From Mycobacterium sp. (GTDB lineage: Bacteria > Actinomycetota > Actinomycetes > Mycobacteriales > Mycobacteriaceae): DNA of 64,000 nucleotides. Made by a program: the position numbers and the translations under genes. Positions 34,619 through 45,020 of the stretch are shown here, one piece after another. The stretch's first letter is position 1. The number at the start of each line of letters is the position of its first letter. The stretch is taken from NCBI RefSeq assembly GCF_036488105.1, contig NZ_DASXHW010000390.1, positions 2,464-66,463 on the forward strand. Reading direction: 5' to 3'. Below the pieces are notes generated by a model, which was not told the origin of the DNA, searched no databases, and saw only the letters and a program-made list of their open reading frames with translations.

Positions 34619-36265
34619 TCACGCCAGATTGGACCGGCGTGGATAGGCGACATCGGGATCGGTGAGCACATTGACCACGGCGGGCAGACCGCTGCCCAGC
34701 GCGCGCGTCAACGCCGGCCGCAGCGCGGCCGGCGTGGAGACCAGCTCGCCATATCCACCGAGCGCACGCACCACCTCGTCGTAGCGGGTGCCGGGCCGCA
34801 GTTCGGCCACCACCGAATAGCCGTACAGCGCTTTCATCGGGTGGTGCTCCAGAGCCCAGATGCCGTTGTTGCCGATCACCGAGACGACGGGAACGTCGTG
34901 CCTGGCCAGCGTGTCCCATTCCATGCCGCTGAATCCGAAGGCGCCGTCGCCCTGCAGCAAGATGACCTGACGGTCCGGTCGGGCCAATTTGGCGGCCAGC
35001 GCGTAGCCGGGACCCGAACCGAGGCATCCGAACGGACCGCTGTCGAGCCACGCACCCGGCACATAGCTGTCGAGCACCCGGCCGGCGTACGAGCCGAAGT
35101 CGCCGGCGTCGACGACGACGATCGCGTCGCGGTCCAGCAGCGGAGCGAGTTCGGCGTAGACCCGCATCGGGTGCAGCGGGCTGCGGTCATCGGCCAGCTC
35201 GCCGAGCTCGCATTCGCGCGCCGCAGTCTCGGTCGCCCGCAGATCGGCGATCCACTCCTGGTGGCCGCCGGTATCTGCCCGCGGCGTGTCGCTCAGGACA
35301 ATCAGGGTCGACGGCAGGTCGCCGTAGAGCTCGGCGGCAACCGGCCGCGGATGTCCGCGGTCGGGGTGCACACGATCGGCGACGATCAACTGGGTGTCTT
35401 GTCCGAATACCCCGCCGAATCCCAGCCGGAAGTCCATCGGTACCCCGATGACGACCGCAACATCGGCCTGCCCCAACGCTTTTGAGCGTGCCCGCGAAAA
35501 CGCCAGCGGATGGTCGGCGGGCACCGTGCCGCGGGCCATGCCGTTCATCAGCACCGGGATCCGTTGCTCCTCGGCCAGTCGCAGCAGCGCCGCTTCGGCG
35601 TGACCCCACCAGACGTTGGTGCCCGCCATGATGACCGGTCGCTGCGCGGCGGCCAGCAGGCTGACCGCGCGGTCGAGCGCGTCGCCGTCGGGCAGCGACG
35701 GCGCTGGCGACGCGGTCAGGGCGCCGGGGTGTCCGGTGTCGGTGGCGAAGGAGAATGCGTGGTCCATCGGAAAGTCGATGAACGCCACCCCCGATGGCGG
35801 GCCGACCGTGGCCCGCAGCGCGTCGTCGATCAGGCCGCTGACCGCCTCGGCCGAAGGCGCGGTGGCGGCGAATCGAGTCAGCGGTGCCACGAACGGCACA
35901 TGGTCGATCTCCTGCAGGGACCCCATGCCCCACCGCCCCGCGGGCGCCCGGCCGCCCAGAACCAGCAGCGGCGACGAATTCTGCTGGGCGGCAGCCATTG
36001 CGCTCATCCCGTTCGTCACGCCCGGGCCCGCGGTCAGTGCCGCCACGCCCGGCTGACGTGTCACCTTCGACCAGCCCTCGGCCGCGAACGCGGCGGTCTG
36101 CTCGTGGCGGGTGTCGATCAGCCGGATGCCCTCGCTGCGGCAACCGTCGTAGAGCGAGAACAGATGGCCGCCGGATAACGTGAAGACGGTATCGATTCCG
36201 CTGGCTTTCAGCCGCCGGGCGATCAGTCGGCCCGCATGGAAGGTGTCCTCGGCGTCGTTGCCCAT
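34619..36265 (-). CDS. ilvG: ThDP-dependent acetolactate synthase-like enzyme (Rv1820)
   Basis: [27 protein letters not shown] ThDP motif. Confidence 0.9.
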   Translation of the reverse strand: MGNDAEDTFHAGRLIARRLKASGIDTVFTLSGGHLFSLYDGCRSEGIRLIDTRHEQTAAFAAEGWSKVTRQPGVAALTAGPGVTNGMSAMAAAQQNSSPLLVLGGRAPAGRWGMGSLQEIDHVPFVAPLTRFAATAPSAEAVSGLIDDALRATVGPPSGVAFIDFPMDHAFSFATDTGHPGALTASPAPSLPDGDALDRAVSLLAAAQRPVIMAGTNVWWGHAEAALLRLAEEQRIPVLMNGMARGTVPADHPLAFSRARSKALGQADVAVVIGVPMDFRLGFGGVFGQDTQLIVADRVHPDRGHPRPVAAELYGDLPSTLIVLSDTPRADTGGHQEWIADLRATETAARECELGELADDRSPLHPMRVYAELAPLLDRDAIVVVDAGDFGSYAGRVLDSYVPGAWLDSGPFGCLGSGPGYALAAKLARPDRQVILLQGDGAFGFSGMEWDTLARHDVPVVSVIGNNGIWALEHHPMKALYGYSVVAELRPGTRYDEVVRALGGYGELVSTPAALRPALTRALGSGLPAVVNVLTDPDVAYPRRSNLA

Positions 36266-36356
36266 GGGCGCAGCCTATCGACTCCCCTGCGGTACTTTTG
36301 CGGGGAAGCATCCACGAGACGTTGGCCGGACGCCGCGTTGGCAAGGAGACGCGACT

Positions 36357-38276
36357 TTGGAGCCAAAGCCTTTCGAGCCCTCGATCGATTGGTCCGCGGC
36401 AACCACGGAATCACTGTGGTGGCTCGTCAAGGGCTGGGCGATCGCCGCGGTGTGCGTCCTGCTGGTGCTGATCCTGCTGCGATACCTCACCGGGTGGGGC
36501 CGCCAGTACTGGCGGATCACCGGCGGCTACTTCAATGGACGACATGCGGTGGCGGTCTGGCTGCAGCTGGCCGCCCTGCTGCTGCTGGTTCTGCTTTCGG
36601 TGCGCCTGACGGTCCTGCTCAGTTTTCAGAGCAAGGACATGTTCACGTCGCTGCAAACAGCATTCGAAGGCGCTGCCACGGGTAACGAGCTAATCAAACA
36701 TTCTGGAACACATGGCTTTTGGATGTCGCTGGTTCATTTCAGCGTGCTGGCGTCGCTGTTCATCGGCCGGCTTCTGGTGGACATCTACCTGACCCAGCGG
36801 TTCATGATCGCCTGGCGCGTGTGGTTGACCGGCCATCTCACCGACGATTGGCTGCGTGGTCGGGCCTACTACCGGGATCTGTTCATCGACAACACCATCG
36901 ACAACCCCGACCAGCGCATCCAGCAGGACGTCGACATCTTCACCGCTGGAGCCGGCGGCACTCCGAATATCCCGTCCAACGAAACCGCGAACACGCTGCT
37001 GTTCGGAGCGGTGCGTGCGGTGGTTTCGGTGGTGTCGTTTGCCGCCATTCTCTGGGATCTATCCGGGCCGCTGGACATCTTCGGTTTCCAGCTCCCTCGC
37101 GCGATGTTCTGCATTGTCGTGGTCTTTGTGGCGGTCGCGACGGGCGTCGCGTTCCGGCTCGGGCGTCCGCTGATCTGGCTCAGCTTCAACAACGAGAAGC
37201 TCAACGCCGCGTTCCGCTATGCCCTGGTCCGGTTGCGCGATGCGGCCGAGGCGGTCGGCTTCTACCGGGGTGAGCAAGTCGAGCGAACGCAGCTGTGGGA
37301 CCGTTTCACCCCGGTCATTGTCAACTACCGCAGATACGTCCGCCGGACGATCGCGTTCAACGGCTGGAACTGGTCGATGTCACAGGCGATTGTGCCGCTG
37401 CCGTGGGTCGTTCAGGCGCCTCGGCTTTTTGCCGGTCAGATCGCGTTCGGCGACGTTACGCAGACGGCGACGGCGTTCGGCGAGATCAGCGATTCATTGT
37501 CGTTCTTCCGCAACAACTACGACGCCTTCGCCTCCTTCCGCGCGGCCATCATCCGTTTGCACGGGCTGGTCGACGCCAACGACAAAGGCCGCGATCTGCC
37601 CGCGGTGCTGACCCGGCCCACCGACGACGGGTCGGTCGAATTCGACGGCGTGGAGGTGCGGACACCCGACGGCGACCCACTGGTCGATTCGCTGGACGTG
37701 CGCCTGGAATCCGGCCAGTCGCTGGTGATCACCGGGCAGTCGGGTGCCGGTAAGACCACGCTGCTGCGCAGCCTGGCCGAATTGTGGCCGTACGCCTCGG
37801 GGACGCTGCGCTGCCCGGACGGCGACAACGCGACGATGTTCTTGTCGCAGTTGCCTTATGTGCCGCTGGGTTCCTTGCGGACCGTGGTGTGTTATCCGAG
37901 CTCGCCGGCCGACATCTCGGACGAATCGTTGCGCGACACCTTGACAAGGGTCGCGCTGGCACCCCTGATCGATCGTCTCGACGAAGAGCGTGACTGGGCT
38001 AAAGTCCTGTCGCCCGGTGAGCAACAACGGGTGGCCTTCGCGCGGATCCTGTTGAACAAACCCAAGGCGGTCTTCCTCGACGAAAGCACATCGGCGCTCG
38101 ACGAAGGGCTCGAGCACGCGCTGTATCAGTTGCTGGAGAACGAATTACCGGATTGCGTCGTGGTCAGCGTCAGCCATCGACCGGCCGTTGAGCTGTTCCA
38201 CGAACGACACCTGAAGCTACTCGGCGGCGGCCCGTGGCACCTGGGCCCGGTGAGCAAGGAGCCGGCGACGGTCTAG
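36357..38276 (+). CDS. bacA: ABC transporter permease/ATPase BacA (Rv1819c; cobalamin and peptide uptake)
   Basis: [16 protein letters not shown], Walker [29 protein letters not shown] start follows AAGGAG. Confidence 0.92.
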   Translation: MEPKPFEPSIDWSAATTESLWWLVKGWAIAAVCVLLVLILLRYLTGWGRQYWRITGGYFNGRHAVAVWLQLAALLLLVLLSVRLTVLLSFQSKDMFTSLQTAFEGAATGNELIKHSGTHGFWMSLVHFSVLASLFIGRLLVDIYLTQRFMIAWRVWLTGHLTDDWLRGRAYYRDLFIDNTIDNPDQRIQQDVDIFTAGAGGTPNIPSNETANTLLFGAVRAVVSVVSFAAILWDLSGPLDIFGFQLPRAMFCIVVVFVAVATGVAFRLGRPLIWLSFNNEKLNAAFRYALVRLRDAAEAVGFYRGEQVERTQLWDRFTPVIVNYRRYVRRTIAFNGWNWSMSQAIVPLPWVVQAPRLFAGQIAFGDVTQTATAFGEISDSLSFFRNNYDAFASFRAAIIRLHGLVDANDKGRDLPAVLTRPTDDGSVEFDGVEVRTPDGDPLVDSLDVRLESGQSLVITGQSGAGKTTLLRSLAELWPYASGTLRCPDGDNATMFLSQLPYVPLGSLRTVVCYPSSPADISDESLRDTLTRVALAPLIDRLDEERDWAKVLSPGEQQRVAFARILLNKPKAVFLDESTSALDEGLEHALYQLLENELPDCVVVSVSHRPAVELFHERHLKLLGGGPWHLGPVSKEPATV

Positions 38277-39757
38277 CGCTTGCCGGCCGCGTGCGCGCCG
38301 GCGCGGCGCCCGAAGAATGACCCCTCGCCGAGCTGCGTGCCGCTGGCGTATCCCTTGCCGTCCTGGGCGATGTTGGACGCGCACGCGCCGACCGCGTACA
38401 GGCCTGGGACGACGCTGTCGTCGCCGCGTCGCACCTGGCCGTCGACGGTGACGGCCAGACCGCCCATCGTGAATCCGGAGTACATCGCCCGCCCGAGTGA
38501 CAGGTCGAAGACTGCCCAGGGTCCATTAGCCTGCGGTGCAACATATTCCGGCTGCTTGTGAAAGTCGGGGTCCTCGCCGTTGGCCGCGAACTCGTTGTAG
38601 CGCTCCAGCGTCGCCGCAACGCTGCCCGCAGGCAACTCCAGTGCGGTCTCCAGTTCGGCGATCGTCTCGTAGCCGTCGAGGAACCGGATCAACGGCATCG
38701 CGGGCATCTCGGTGTGGGCCTCGTCGACGATCAGGTATGCGGTTTGGTCCGGCTGCTCGAGCACGAAAGCCGATGTGCGCGAGTGGTAGGAGTCCTCGGC
38801 GACGAAGCGCTTGCCGTCCTTGTTCACGATTACGCCCGTCAGCAGGAGTTCGGGCGGATAGGCCGCCGCGGTGATGAACTGTTCGTTCATGTTTTCGGTG
38901 ACGCCGCCCGCTGAGACGCCCATCCGCAGACCCAGGCCGTCGTCGTTGGGGTTACCCAGGATGTAGGGCGCGACCAGCCCATGGTGTTTGGTGCGCCGCG
39001 GCTGCCCCAGCGCGGGAGTGTGCTCGGCGACCATCTCCGGGTTCATCGCAAAACCGCCGGCCGCGATGATCACCGATCTGGCTTTGACCGCACCGGTTTC
39101 GGTGAAGTGCTTCCAGGCGACGCCGGCCACGGCTCCGTCGCCGTCCAGGATCAGGTTGGTTGCCCCGGTCTCGTATCGGATCTGCACGCCCAATTCGTCG
39201 GCGCGTTTGACCAGTAGATCGATCACCATCGATGCGCCACCGAGTTCGCCGGGCACCGGCACGGAGTGCCCGCGCGGCGAGGGGATGGCCTGCTCGCAGA
39301 ACGGCCACACCTTTTCGTTACCGGTGTAGCTCAGGCCTTCGGTTCCCGGCGGAACAACTACCTTGCCCGGGTAGAAGCTGCGTTCGAACTGAAAACCCAA
39401 GTCTTCCAACCAGTTGAAGTGCTCGACGCTGCCGTCGCTGTAGGCGCGGATCTTCTCGTGATCTGGGTCGCGCGACACCGCGACCAGATACTTGTACATC
39501 TCCTCGGCGGAGTCGGGATGTCCGGTCGCCTGCTGGACCGCGGTGCCGCCGCCAAGGTAGAAGTGGCCGCCGGCAAGCGAAGTCGTTCCGCCGGCCGCGG
39601 CCGCGCGCTCCAACACCAGTACCCGTGCTCCGGCGGCGGCCGCAGTGACGGCGGCGCAACCGCCGCCGATGCCGAAGCCGATCACCACGACGTCCGCATC
39701 GTCCGACCAGGACGACACATTGTCGGCGTTCAGAGTTGCTGGAATGTCAGTGCTCAT
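38273..39757 (-). CDS. FAD-binding flavoprotein, ketosteroid-dehydrogenase-like (Rv1817)
   Basis: [40 protein letters not shown]. Confidence 0.88.
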   Translation of the reverse strand: MSTDIPATLNADNVSSWSDDADVVVIGFGIGGGCAAVTAAAAGARVLVLERAAAAGGTTSLAGGHFYLGGGTAVQQATGHPDSAEEMYKYLVAVSRDPDHEKIRAYSDGSVEHFNWLEDLGFQFERSFYPGKVVVPPGTEGLSYTGNEKVWPFCEQAIPSPRGHSVPVPGELGGASMVIDLLVKRADELGVQIRYETGATNLILDGDGAVAGVAWKHFTETGAVKARSVIIAAGGFAMNPEMVAEHTPALGQPRRTKHHGLVAPYILGNPNDDGLGLRMGVSAGGVTENMNEQFITAAAYPPELLLTGVIVNKDGKRFVAEDSYHSRTSAFVLEQPDQTAYLIVDEAHTEMPAMPLIRFLDGYETIAELETALELPAGSVAATLERYNEFAANGEDPDFHKQPEYVAPQANGPWAVFDLSLGRAMYSGFTMGGLAVTVDGQVRRGDDSVVPGLYAVGACASNIAQDGKGYASGTQLGEGSFFGRRAGAHAAGKR

Positions 39758-40257
39758 TGGCGCTGCTCCTGCCTGATGTAGTCGAAGAACTGCCGCATCT
39801 CGGCGGAGAAATGCGCGATCTCCAGAAACGGAACCCCGTGTTGCGGGGCAGACAGATAGGCGAACCGTAGGCCGCCGGGCATCACACCCTGTTGCGGCAC
39901 GGAGGCTCCTTGTTCGGCGGCTAAGGCAAGAGCGGCATCAAAATTCTCGAGGCTGTCGGCCTCGACGCAGATGTGGTGCAGACCCGGGCCGCTGTCCCGC
40001 AGAAAGTCACTATAGATATTAGGTCCGCGGACCGGTTCGATCAGCTCTAGCTGCATGTCGCCGAGATAGCTCAGCGAGATGTGGGCCACGAAGTCGGCCG
40101 GGCCGCCCAGGTAGCTGCAGGTGTCCGGGGCGAAGTGGATGTCGGGCAGCCTCACCCACTTCTTGACGCCTAACAGCCAGGTGAGAGCCGTTTCTGTGGT
40201 ACTCAGGTCGTTCGTCACCCACGCGACTTGGACCGGTGATCCGAATGAGAGGCTCAT
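39754..40257 (-). CDS. VOC/glyoxalase-family protein
   Basis: QVAWV, MQLELIEP, GPGLHHIC; ATGA overlap with the flavoprotein gene. Confidence 0.85.
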   Translation of the reverse strand: MSLSFGSPVQVAWVTNDLSTTETALTWLLGVKKWVRLPDIHFAPDTCSYLGGPADFVAHISLSYLGDMQLELIEPVRGPNIYSDFLRDSGPGLHHICVEADSLENFDAALALAAEQGASVPQQGVMPGGLRFAYLSAPQHGVPFLEIAHFSAEMRQFFDYIRQEQRQ

Positions 40258-40357
40258 CGCCTCGCAGGATAACCCAGCGTCCGCCCGGCAGGAACCACCG
40301 GAAATGATGTTGCCACCGCGAGGCGTTTACGGCGCCCACGTTCCCGCTGAACACGTT

Positions 40358-41080
40358 CTAATTCGTGGTCGGGACCCCGAACGGCTGCGCGCCGGCATCG
40401 GACTGGTTGAGCACGCCGACCAGCAGCCGGATCTGGGTGTCGAACACCGGCCGCGGGTCGCTCAGCGTGTCGACGCCGTACTGGCCGAACACCTCGAGGC
40501 TGATCGCGCCCACCACGCCCGCCCAGATCGCGAAGCATTTGGCGATGACGGCATCGTCGCCGGGAAATCCGAACTCCTGCCGGAGTCGTTCAAAGTCTGA
40601 CGATATCGGTTGTGGCGCTGGGTGATTCGTCAGTCTGATGTCGCCGGTCGCGATACCGGCAGCCACCGCGTCGAACACCGCGCCGACCACTCGCGTGCCA
40701 GGGCCGACCGTTCGGTCGGCCGGTGCGTGATAACCGGGTACCGGGCTGCCGTACAGCAGCGCCCAGCTGGCCGGGTGCGCGATCGCCCAGTCGCGAGCCG
40801 CATGCGCGATCGCGACAACGTCGTCGCTCCACACGTCCGGCACGGCGTCGCGGGCGCGATCAACCGCGTCGGCGAGCTCGGAATAACCGTCGACCAGCAA
40901 CAACGTCAGCAGCTCGTCGCGGCTGGAGATGTATCGGTACACCGCCGACGACACCATCCCCAGGTCGCGGGCGATGGCGCGCAGCGACAACCCGGCCGCG
41001 CCATGCTCCACCAAATGGCGGCGGCCCAGCTCGATGATCTGCGCTTCGATGCGCTCACGCGAGTCGCGACGCTTCGCCAT
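40358..41080 (-). CDS. TetR/WHG-domain regulator (Rv1816-like)
   Basis: LSLRAIARDLGMVSSAVYRY HTH, LLYGSPVPGY. Confidence 0.9.
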   Translation of the reverse strand: MAKRRDSRERIEAQIIELGRRHLVEHGAAGLSLRAIARDLGMVSSAVYRYISSRDELLTLLLVDGYSELADAVDRARDAVPDVWSDDVVAIAHAARDWAIAHPASWALLYGSPVPGYHAPADRTVGPGTRVVGAVFDAVAAGIATGDIRLTNHPAPQPISSDFERLRQEFGFPGDDAVIAKCFAIWAGVVGAISLEVFGQYGVDTLSDPRPVFDTQIRLLVGVLNQSDAGAQPFGVPTTN

Positions 41081-41100
41081 CTGCCCAGTTTGACACAAAA

Positions 41101-41167
41101 GAGAACAGTGCTCTTGTTTTTTCGTCCCGGGTGTGTCAGGGTCATCCATATCGAGAGCAGTGCTCTC
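41101..41167. promoter_or_regulatory. Two TetR-type operators
   Basis: GAGAACAGTGCTCTT (41101-41115) and the perfect palindrome GAGAGCA-G-TGCTCTC (41153-41167) in the divergent gap. Confidence 0.65.
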
Positions 41168-41194
41168 AGACTGGATCTCCCGAAAGGATGCATC

Positions 41195-41641
41195 ATGTCG
41201 GTGCGTTACGACGAGCCTCACGCCGCGGCCAAAGCCGCCAACTCACTGATCCGCTGGTTGGCCGAGGTCGGGATCAGCATCGCCGGCACCCGGGCTCTTC
41301 GCGTGCGCGGTCGCAAAACGGGCCGGCTTCACGGCGTGGTGATCAATGTGCTGACCGTGGACGACCGTGACTATCTGGTGTCGCCGCGCGGTACCACCCA
41401 ATGGGTGCGCAACGTCAGGGTGGCCGGTGAAATCGACATGGGACCGCGCTGGCGGAGCCGCAGAGTCAGGGCCGTCGAATTGGATGACGCGGCGAAGCCC
41501 GAGTTGCTCCGGCGGTACATAGACAAGTGGTTCTGGGAGGTCAAAGGCCATATCGCCGGGCTGACTCCCGATTCCAGCGACGAGCAGTTACGTGCGGCCG
41601 CGCCGTCGATACCGGTGTTCGCACTCGCCGATCTCGGCTGA
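41195..41641 (+). CDS. Deazaflavin (F420)-dependent nitroreductase-family protein
   Basis: VRGRKTG, WVRNVR, IPVFAL; GAAAGGA RBS. Confidence 0.85.
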   Translation: MSVRYDEPHAAAKAANSLIRWLAEVGISIAGTRALRVRGRKTGRLHGVVINVLTVDDRDYLVSPRGTTQWVRNVRVAGEIDMGPRWRSRRVRAVELDDAAKPELLRRYIDKWFWEVKGHIAGLTPDSSDEQLRAAAPSIPVFALADLG

Positions 41642-41644
41642 CAC

Positions 41645-42316
41645 CTAGATCGCCGGACCGCCGACGCCCACGTCCTGCCGGATCTGCTGGGTGGTGGACT
41701 GCCACGACACCGCGGCCGGGAATCCGCCCCACACGCTGTTGAAGATGCCGACGATCCGGGCGGTGCCGGGACCGTTGGTGAGGTAGACCGGGCCGCCGGA
41801 GTCGCCTTGCTGGCTGATGACGCCATGGCCCATCGTGAACCAGCCATTGTTGACGCTCTCGACGGTTCCGCAGCTCTCGCCCGTCACCACGCCGAAATGG
41901 CAGATGGGCTCGCCGGGCGTCACGACCAGCCCTGGATCCGACTCGAGCGCGCGTCCACCCGGGAGAACGTTGTTCACTGCGACATCGGCCGCCAGCACGA
42001 TCGCCTCGTAGTCGTCGACCTGCTGGTCAGTCTTGACGACCGCGCCGTTCGGCGTGTTGTCTCGGAACGTCGCGAGGTTGCCGATGACTTTGTTGTCCTT
42101 GTCGAACACCGGGCCGTCGCCCCGGCAATGGCCCGCGGTGAACGCCACCCGCAATGCCGGGTCGACATAACCCAGGGTGCACAGGTGGGGACCCTGGTGG
42201 ATTTCCATTCCGGGAAAAACCAGAACCGGGTCGGCGTTGGCGTTGCCGGGTAAGCAGGCCGCCGCCAGCATGGCGGTAACCGTCGCGCCGAACGCGCGGA
42301 TTGCCGATCGGCGCAC
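41645..42316 (-). CDS. Secreted trypsin-like serine protease (Rv1815-like)
   Basis: Signal peptide, CTLG, TAGHC, GDSGGP. Confidence 0.9.
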   Translation of the reverse strand: MRRSAIRAFGATVTAMLAAACLPGNANADPVLVFPGMEIHQGPHLCTLGYVDPALRVAFTAGHCRGDGPVFDKDNKVIGNLATFRDNTPNGAVVKTDQQVDDYEAIVLAADVAVNNVLPGGRALESDPGLVVTPGEPICHFGVVTGESCGTVESVNNGWFTMGHGVISQQGDSGGPVYLTNGPGTARIVGIFNSVWGGFPAAVSWQSTTQQIRQDVGVGGPAI

Positions 42317-42455
42317 CGTCGACTCCGATCCGTCGAGGCCGGCGCTGCACCGGCCGGCTATGAGGCTACCTAGCCAAGATTAGGCGAGAGATGCGCAGAG
42401 CCGATCGGTTGGAGCGCGCCGGCCGAAATACGGGCCGACGCGCTCCCCCTCGCGA

Positions 42456-43034
42456 TCAAGGAATAGTCAGCACCTGTCCCGGGTGGATCAGGTCCGGGTT
42501 TTCGATGCCACTGGCGTCGGCGATGATCTGGTATTTGCTGCCGTCCCCGTAGAAGCGCTCGGAGATGGCCCACAAGGTGTCGCCGGACTCCACGGTGTAC
42601 GTCCGCGCGGCTTCGGCCTCTGGCTCCGGGGCAGCGGCTTCCTCAACCGCCGGCTCTTCGGCAACCGGTGCGGCGGCTTCTGGCTCGGGCGGCGGTGGAG
42701 CGTCGGTCTCGGTCTTGCTCGACCATGCGGCCCCGTCGGCGGCGTACAGCACCAGGTTGCGGTCGTCCTGCAGAACGAGACGCACGTTCTTCTTACCCTT
42801 GGTGTCGGTGTGCCACACCGGCTTGTCGGCGGTGTAGAGAACGAAGTTGCCGTCGCCTTGGACCTCGGCGCGGACTACGTCTTCTCCGTTGGTCTTTGAC
42901 GACCAGATCGCGTGACCACGCGATGCCAGGACCAGGTTTCCGTCGTCTTGCAACGTCAGGGTGTAGGCCCCGTTGCTCGACGTGAGCGATTCACCTTTGA
43001 CAAGCTTTTGCCCCTCGGCGAGCGTGTCTCCCAC
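42456..43034 (-). CDS. Bulb-type (beta-prism II) mannose-binding lectin fused to LysM
   Basis: Three QxDxNxV motifs (QDDGNLVL, QGDGNFVLY, QDDRNLVLY), a Pro/Glu/Ala linker, and LysM YTVESGDTLWAIS..IHPGQVLTIP. Confidence 0.92.
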   Translation of the reverse strand: MGDTLAEGQKLVKGESLTSSNGAYTLTLQDDGNLVLASRGHAIWSSKTNGEDVVRAEVQGDGNFVLYTADKPVWHTDTKGKKNVRLVLQDDRNLVLYAADGAAWSSKTETDAPPPPEPEAAAPVAEEPAVEEAAAPEPEAEAARTYTVESGDTLWAISERFYGDGSKYQIIADASGIENPDLIHPGQVLTIP

Positions 43035-43171
43035 TGCATTCCTCCTGTCGTCGCGGCCTGGCGGCTACCGGCCTCGCCGTCGAACTTACTGATCTTGGCT
43101 AAGCCATGGGGGCTTTCGGCTCGCCGCAATAAAAACGCTGGATGAACAAGGGCTCACCGAAGCTCCGGCGA

Positions 43172-44125
43172 CTACCGGGACGGCGTCAGCGGAGCGGCGG
43201 CATCGGGTTGCGTGACGGATGCAGGCAGCCAGCCCGGAGGGCCGAAGACGTAGCCGAGCCGGTCGCGCAGACGCGTCGCCGACCGGAAATCCCTGGCGAT
43301 AGAAAGGTATTCGTGGGTTTGCAGTTTCCAGACGTTGAAGGTGTTCACCTGTTTGGTCAGCCCATAGTGCGGACGGAATGTCTCCTTGCGGAAGGTGCCG
43401 AACAGCCGATCCCAGACGATGAAAATGCCGCCGTAGTTCTTATCGAGGTATTCGGCATCCATGCCGTGGTGCACGCGGTGATGAGAGGGCGCGTTGAAGA
43501 CGAATTCGAAAGGCGCCCACATTCTGCCGATCCGTTCGGTGTGCACCCAGAATTGGTATATCAGGTTGACCGAGAAGCTGCAGAAAACCATCCACGGCGG
43601 AATACCCAACAGCGGCAACGGAATCCACATCAGGATTTCACCGCTGTTGTTCCACTTCTGGCGCAGCGCGGTGGCGAAATTGAAGTATTGGCTGGAGTGG
43701 TGGGCCTGATGGGTGGCCCACATCAGCCGGATCCGGTGCGCGCTGCGGTGATAGCAGTAATAGAGCAAGTCGACACCGAGGATCGCGATCACCCAGGTGT
43801 ACCAACGCGTCGACGGCAGGTGCCAGGGAGCCAGGTAGGCGTAGATCGCCGCGTAGCCGAGCACGGCGATGAACTTCCAGCCCGCAGTGGTGGCCACCGA
43901 AATGAGCCCCATCCGGATGCTGGCCCACGAGTCGGCGGTCAGATAGGCACCCGAGCTCGGGCGGTCGGATTGGCGACCGGCGCCGGCCTCCCGCTCGATG
44001 CGTTCGAGCTTGCGGGCAGCCGTCCACTCCAGAATCAACAGCAAGAGAAAGAACGGAATCGCGAACAACACCGGGTCCCGCATCTGCTCTGGCAGAACGG
44101 AGAGAAAGCCGGCGATCGCATTCAC
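43172..44125 (-). CDS. erg3: Sterol desaturase/fatty acid hydroxylase family (Rv1814)
   Basis: His boxes HRSAH, HQAHH, HHRVHH; LDKNYGG. Confidence 0.9.
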   Translation of the reverse strand: MNAIAGFLSVLPEQMRDPVLFAIPFFLLLLILEWTAARKLERIEREAGAGRQSDRPSSGAYLTADSWASIRMGLISVATTAGWKFIAVLGYAAIYAYLAPWHLPSTRWYTWVIAILGVDLLYYCYHRSAHRIRLMWATHQAHHSSQYFNFATALRQKWNNSGEILMWIPLPLLGIPPWMVFCSFSVNLIYQFWVHTERIGRMWAPFEFVFNAPSHHRVHHGMDAEYLDKNYGGIFIVWDRLFGTFRKETFRPHYGLTKQVNTFNVWKLQTHEYLSIARDFRSATRLRDRLGYVFGPPGWLPASVTQPDAAAPLTPSR

Positions 44126-44173
44126 GCCATATACCCTACGACGTCGCTGACCTGTGCTTGAAGTTTGACCAGA

Positions 44174-44902
44174 CTAGTCCGCGAGCGGGGCACGCGGCAT
44201 CGGATCGTCCTGGTCACCGGCGTACCAATGCACCGCCTGCACACCGTCCTGCAGCGACAAGTCAGCCACGAGCTTCTCCAGGCGGCCCGGCGCGTGCCTG
44301 TCACTGAGCAGATACGCGGTCAAAGCGACACTGTCCTCCCCCGCGCGCCCGGTGTGGATGCCGCGCAATACGAAGTCGCCCTCGCTGGTGTGCTGGACAA
44401 TCTGTGCGCGCGCGTACTTTTCGGACTTCCGCCGACAGATCACCTGCACTTGGTACGGCTGGTCGTCCTCGTCCTCCTCCACCAAGTTGTCGCGGTCGAT
44501 CAGATGGCCCAGCGGTCGCCCGAGCAGGTGAATCCCGAGGATGGCGGCGGTGGCGATCAAGGCGAAAAGGAAATGCCCGCCTGCCGCCAGCACCCCGACC
44601 GCGGCCGAGCACCACAGGGTGGCGGCGGTGTTGAGTCCATGCACGTTGAACCCCTCGCGCAGGATTACGCCACCACCGAGGAAGCCGACTCCGGACACCA
44701 CATACGACGCCACCCGGGTCGGGCTGCTGTCGTTGGTCACGACCGCGTAGAGCACGAACAGCGTCGCACCGGTGGCGACCAGCGCGTTGGTGCGCAGTCC
44801 AGCCCTTCGCGCCTGCCATTGCCGCTCAATGCCGATGAGGGCGCCGCAGCCGAGCCCGACCCCCAACCGCAGCGCAAATTCAGCGATACTCAGTGTTTGC
44901 AT
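44174..44902 (-). CDS. mgtC: MgtC/SapB-family protein (Rv1811)
   Basis: IGIERQ, AGLRTNALV, VVSGVGFLGGG, GLNTAATLW, C-terminal ACT-like domain. Confidence 0.95.
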   Translation of the reverse strand: MQTLSIAEFALRLGVGLGCGALIGIERQWQARRAGLRTNALVATGATLFVLYAVVTNDSSPTRVASYVVSGVGFLGGGVILREGFNVHGLNTAATLWCSAAVGVLAAGGHFLFALIATAAILGIHLLGRPLGHLIDRDNLVEEDEDDQPYQVQVICRRKSEKYARAQIVQHTSEGDFVLRGIHTGRAGEDSVALTAYLLSDRHAPGRLEKLVADLSLQDGVQAVHWYAGDQDDPMPRAPLAD

Positions 44903-45020
44903 GACGCGGCTCTCCTTTCCTTCGAACTGCGGTAACTATCCAGTGTGGACGACGCCGCCTGACATTGGTGCGTTACCACGCCGGTAGCGTGATCCGCTCA
45001 CTTCGACGGCGCGAACAGGT

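Noticed and set aside
44936-44965. Tiny ORF MSGGVVHTG upstream of mgtC as an mgtM/mgtP-like leader
   Set aside because: No RBS, no Pro or other sensing codons, and not coupled to the mgtC start.
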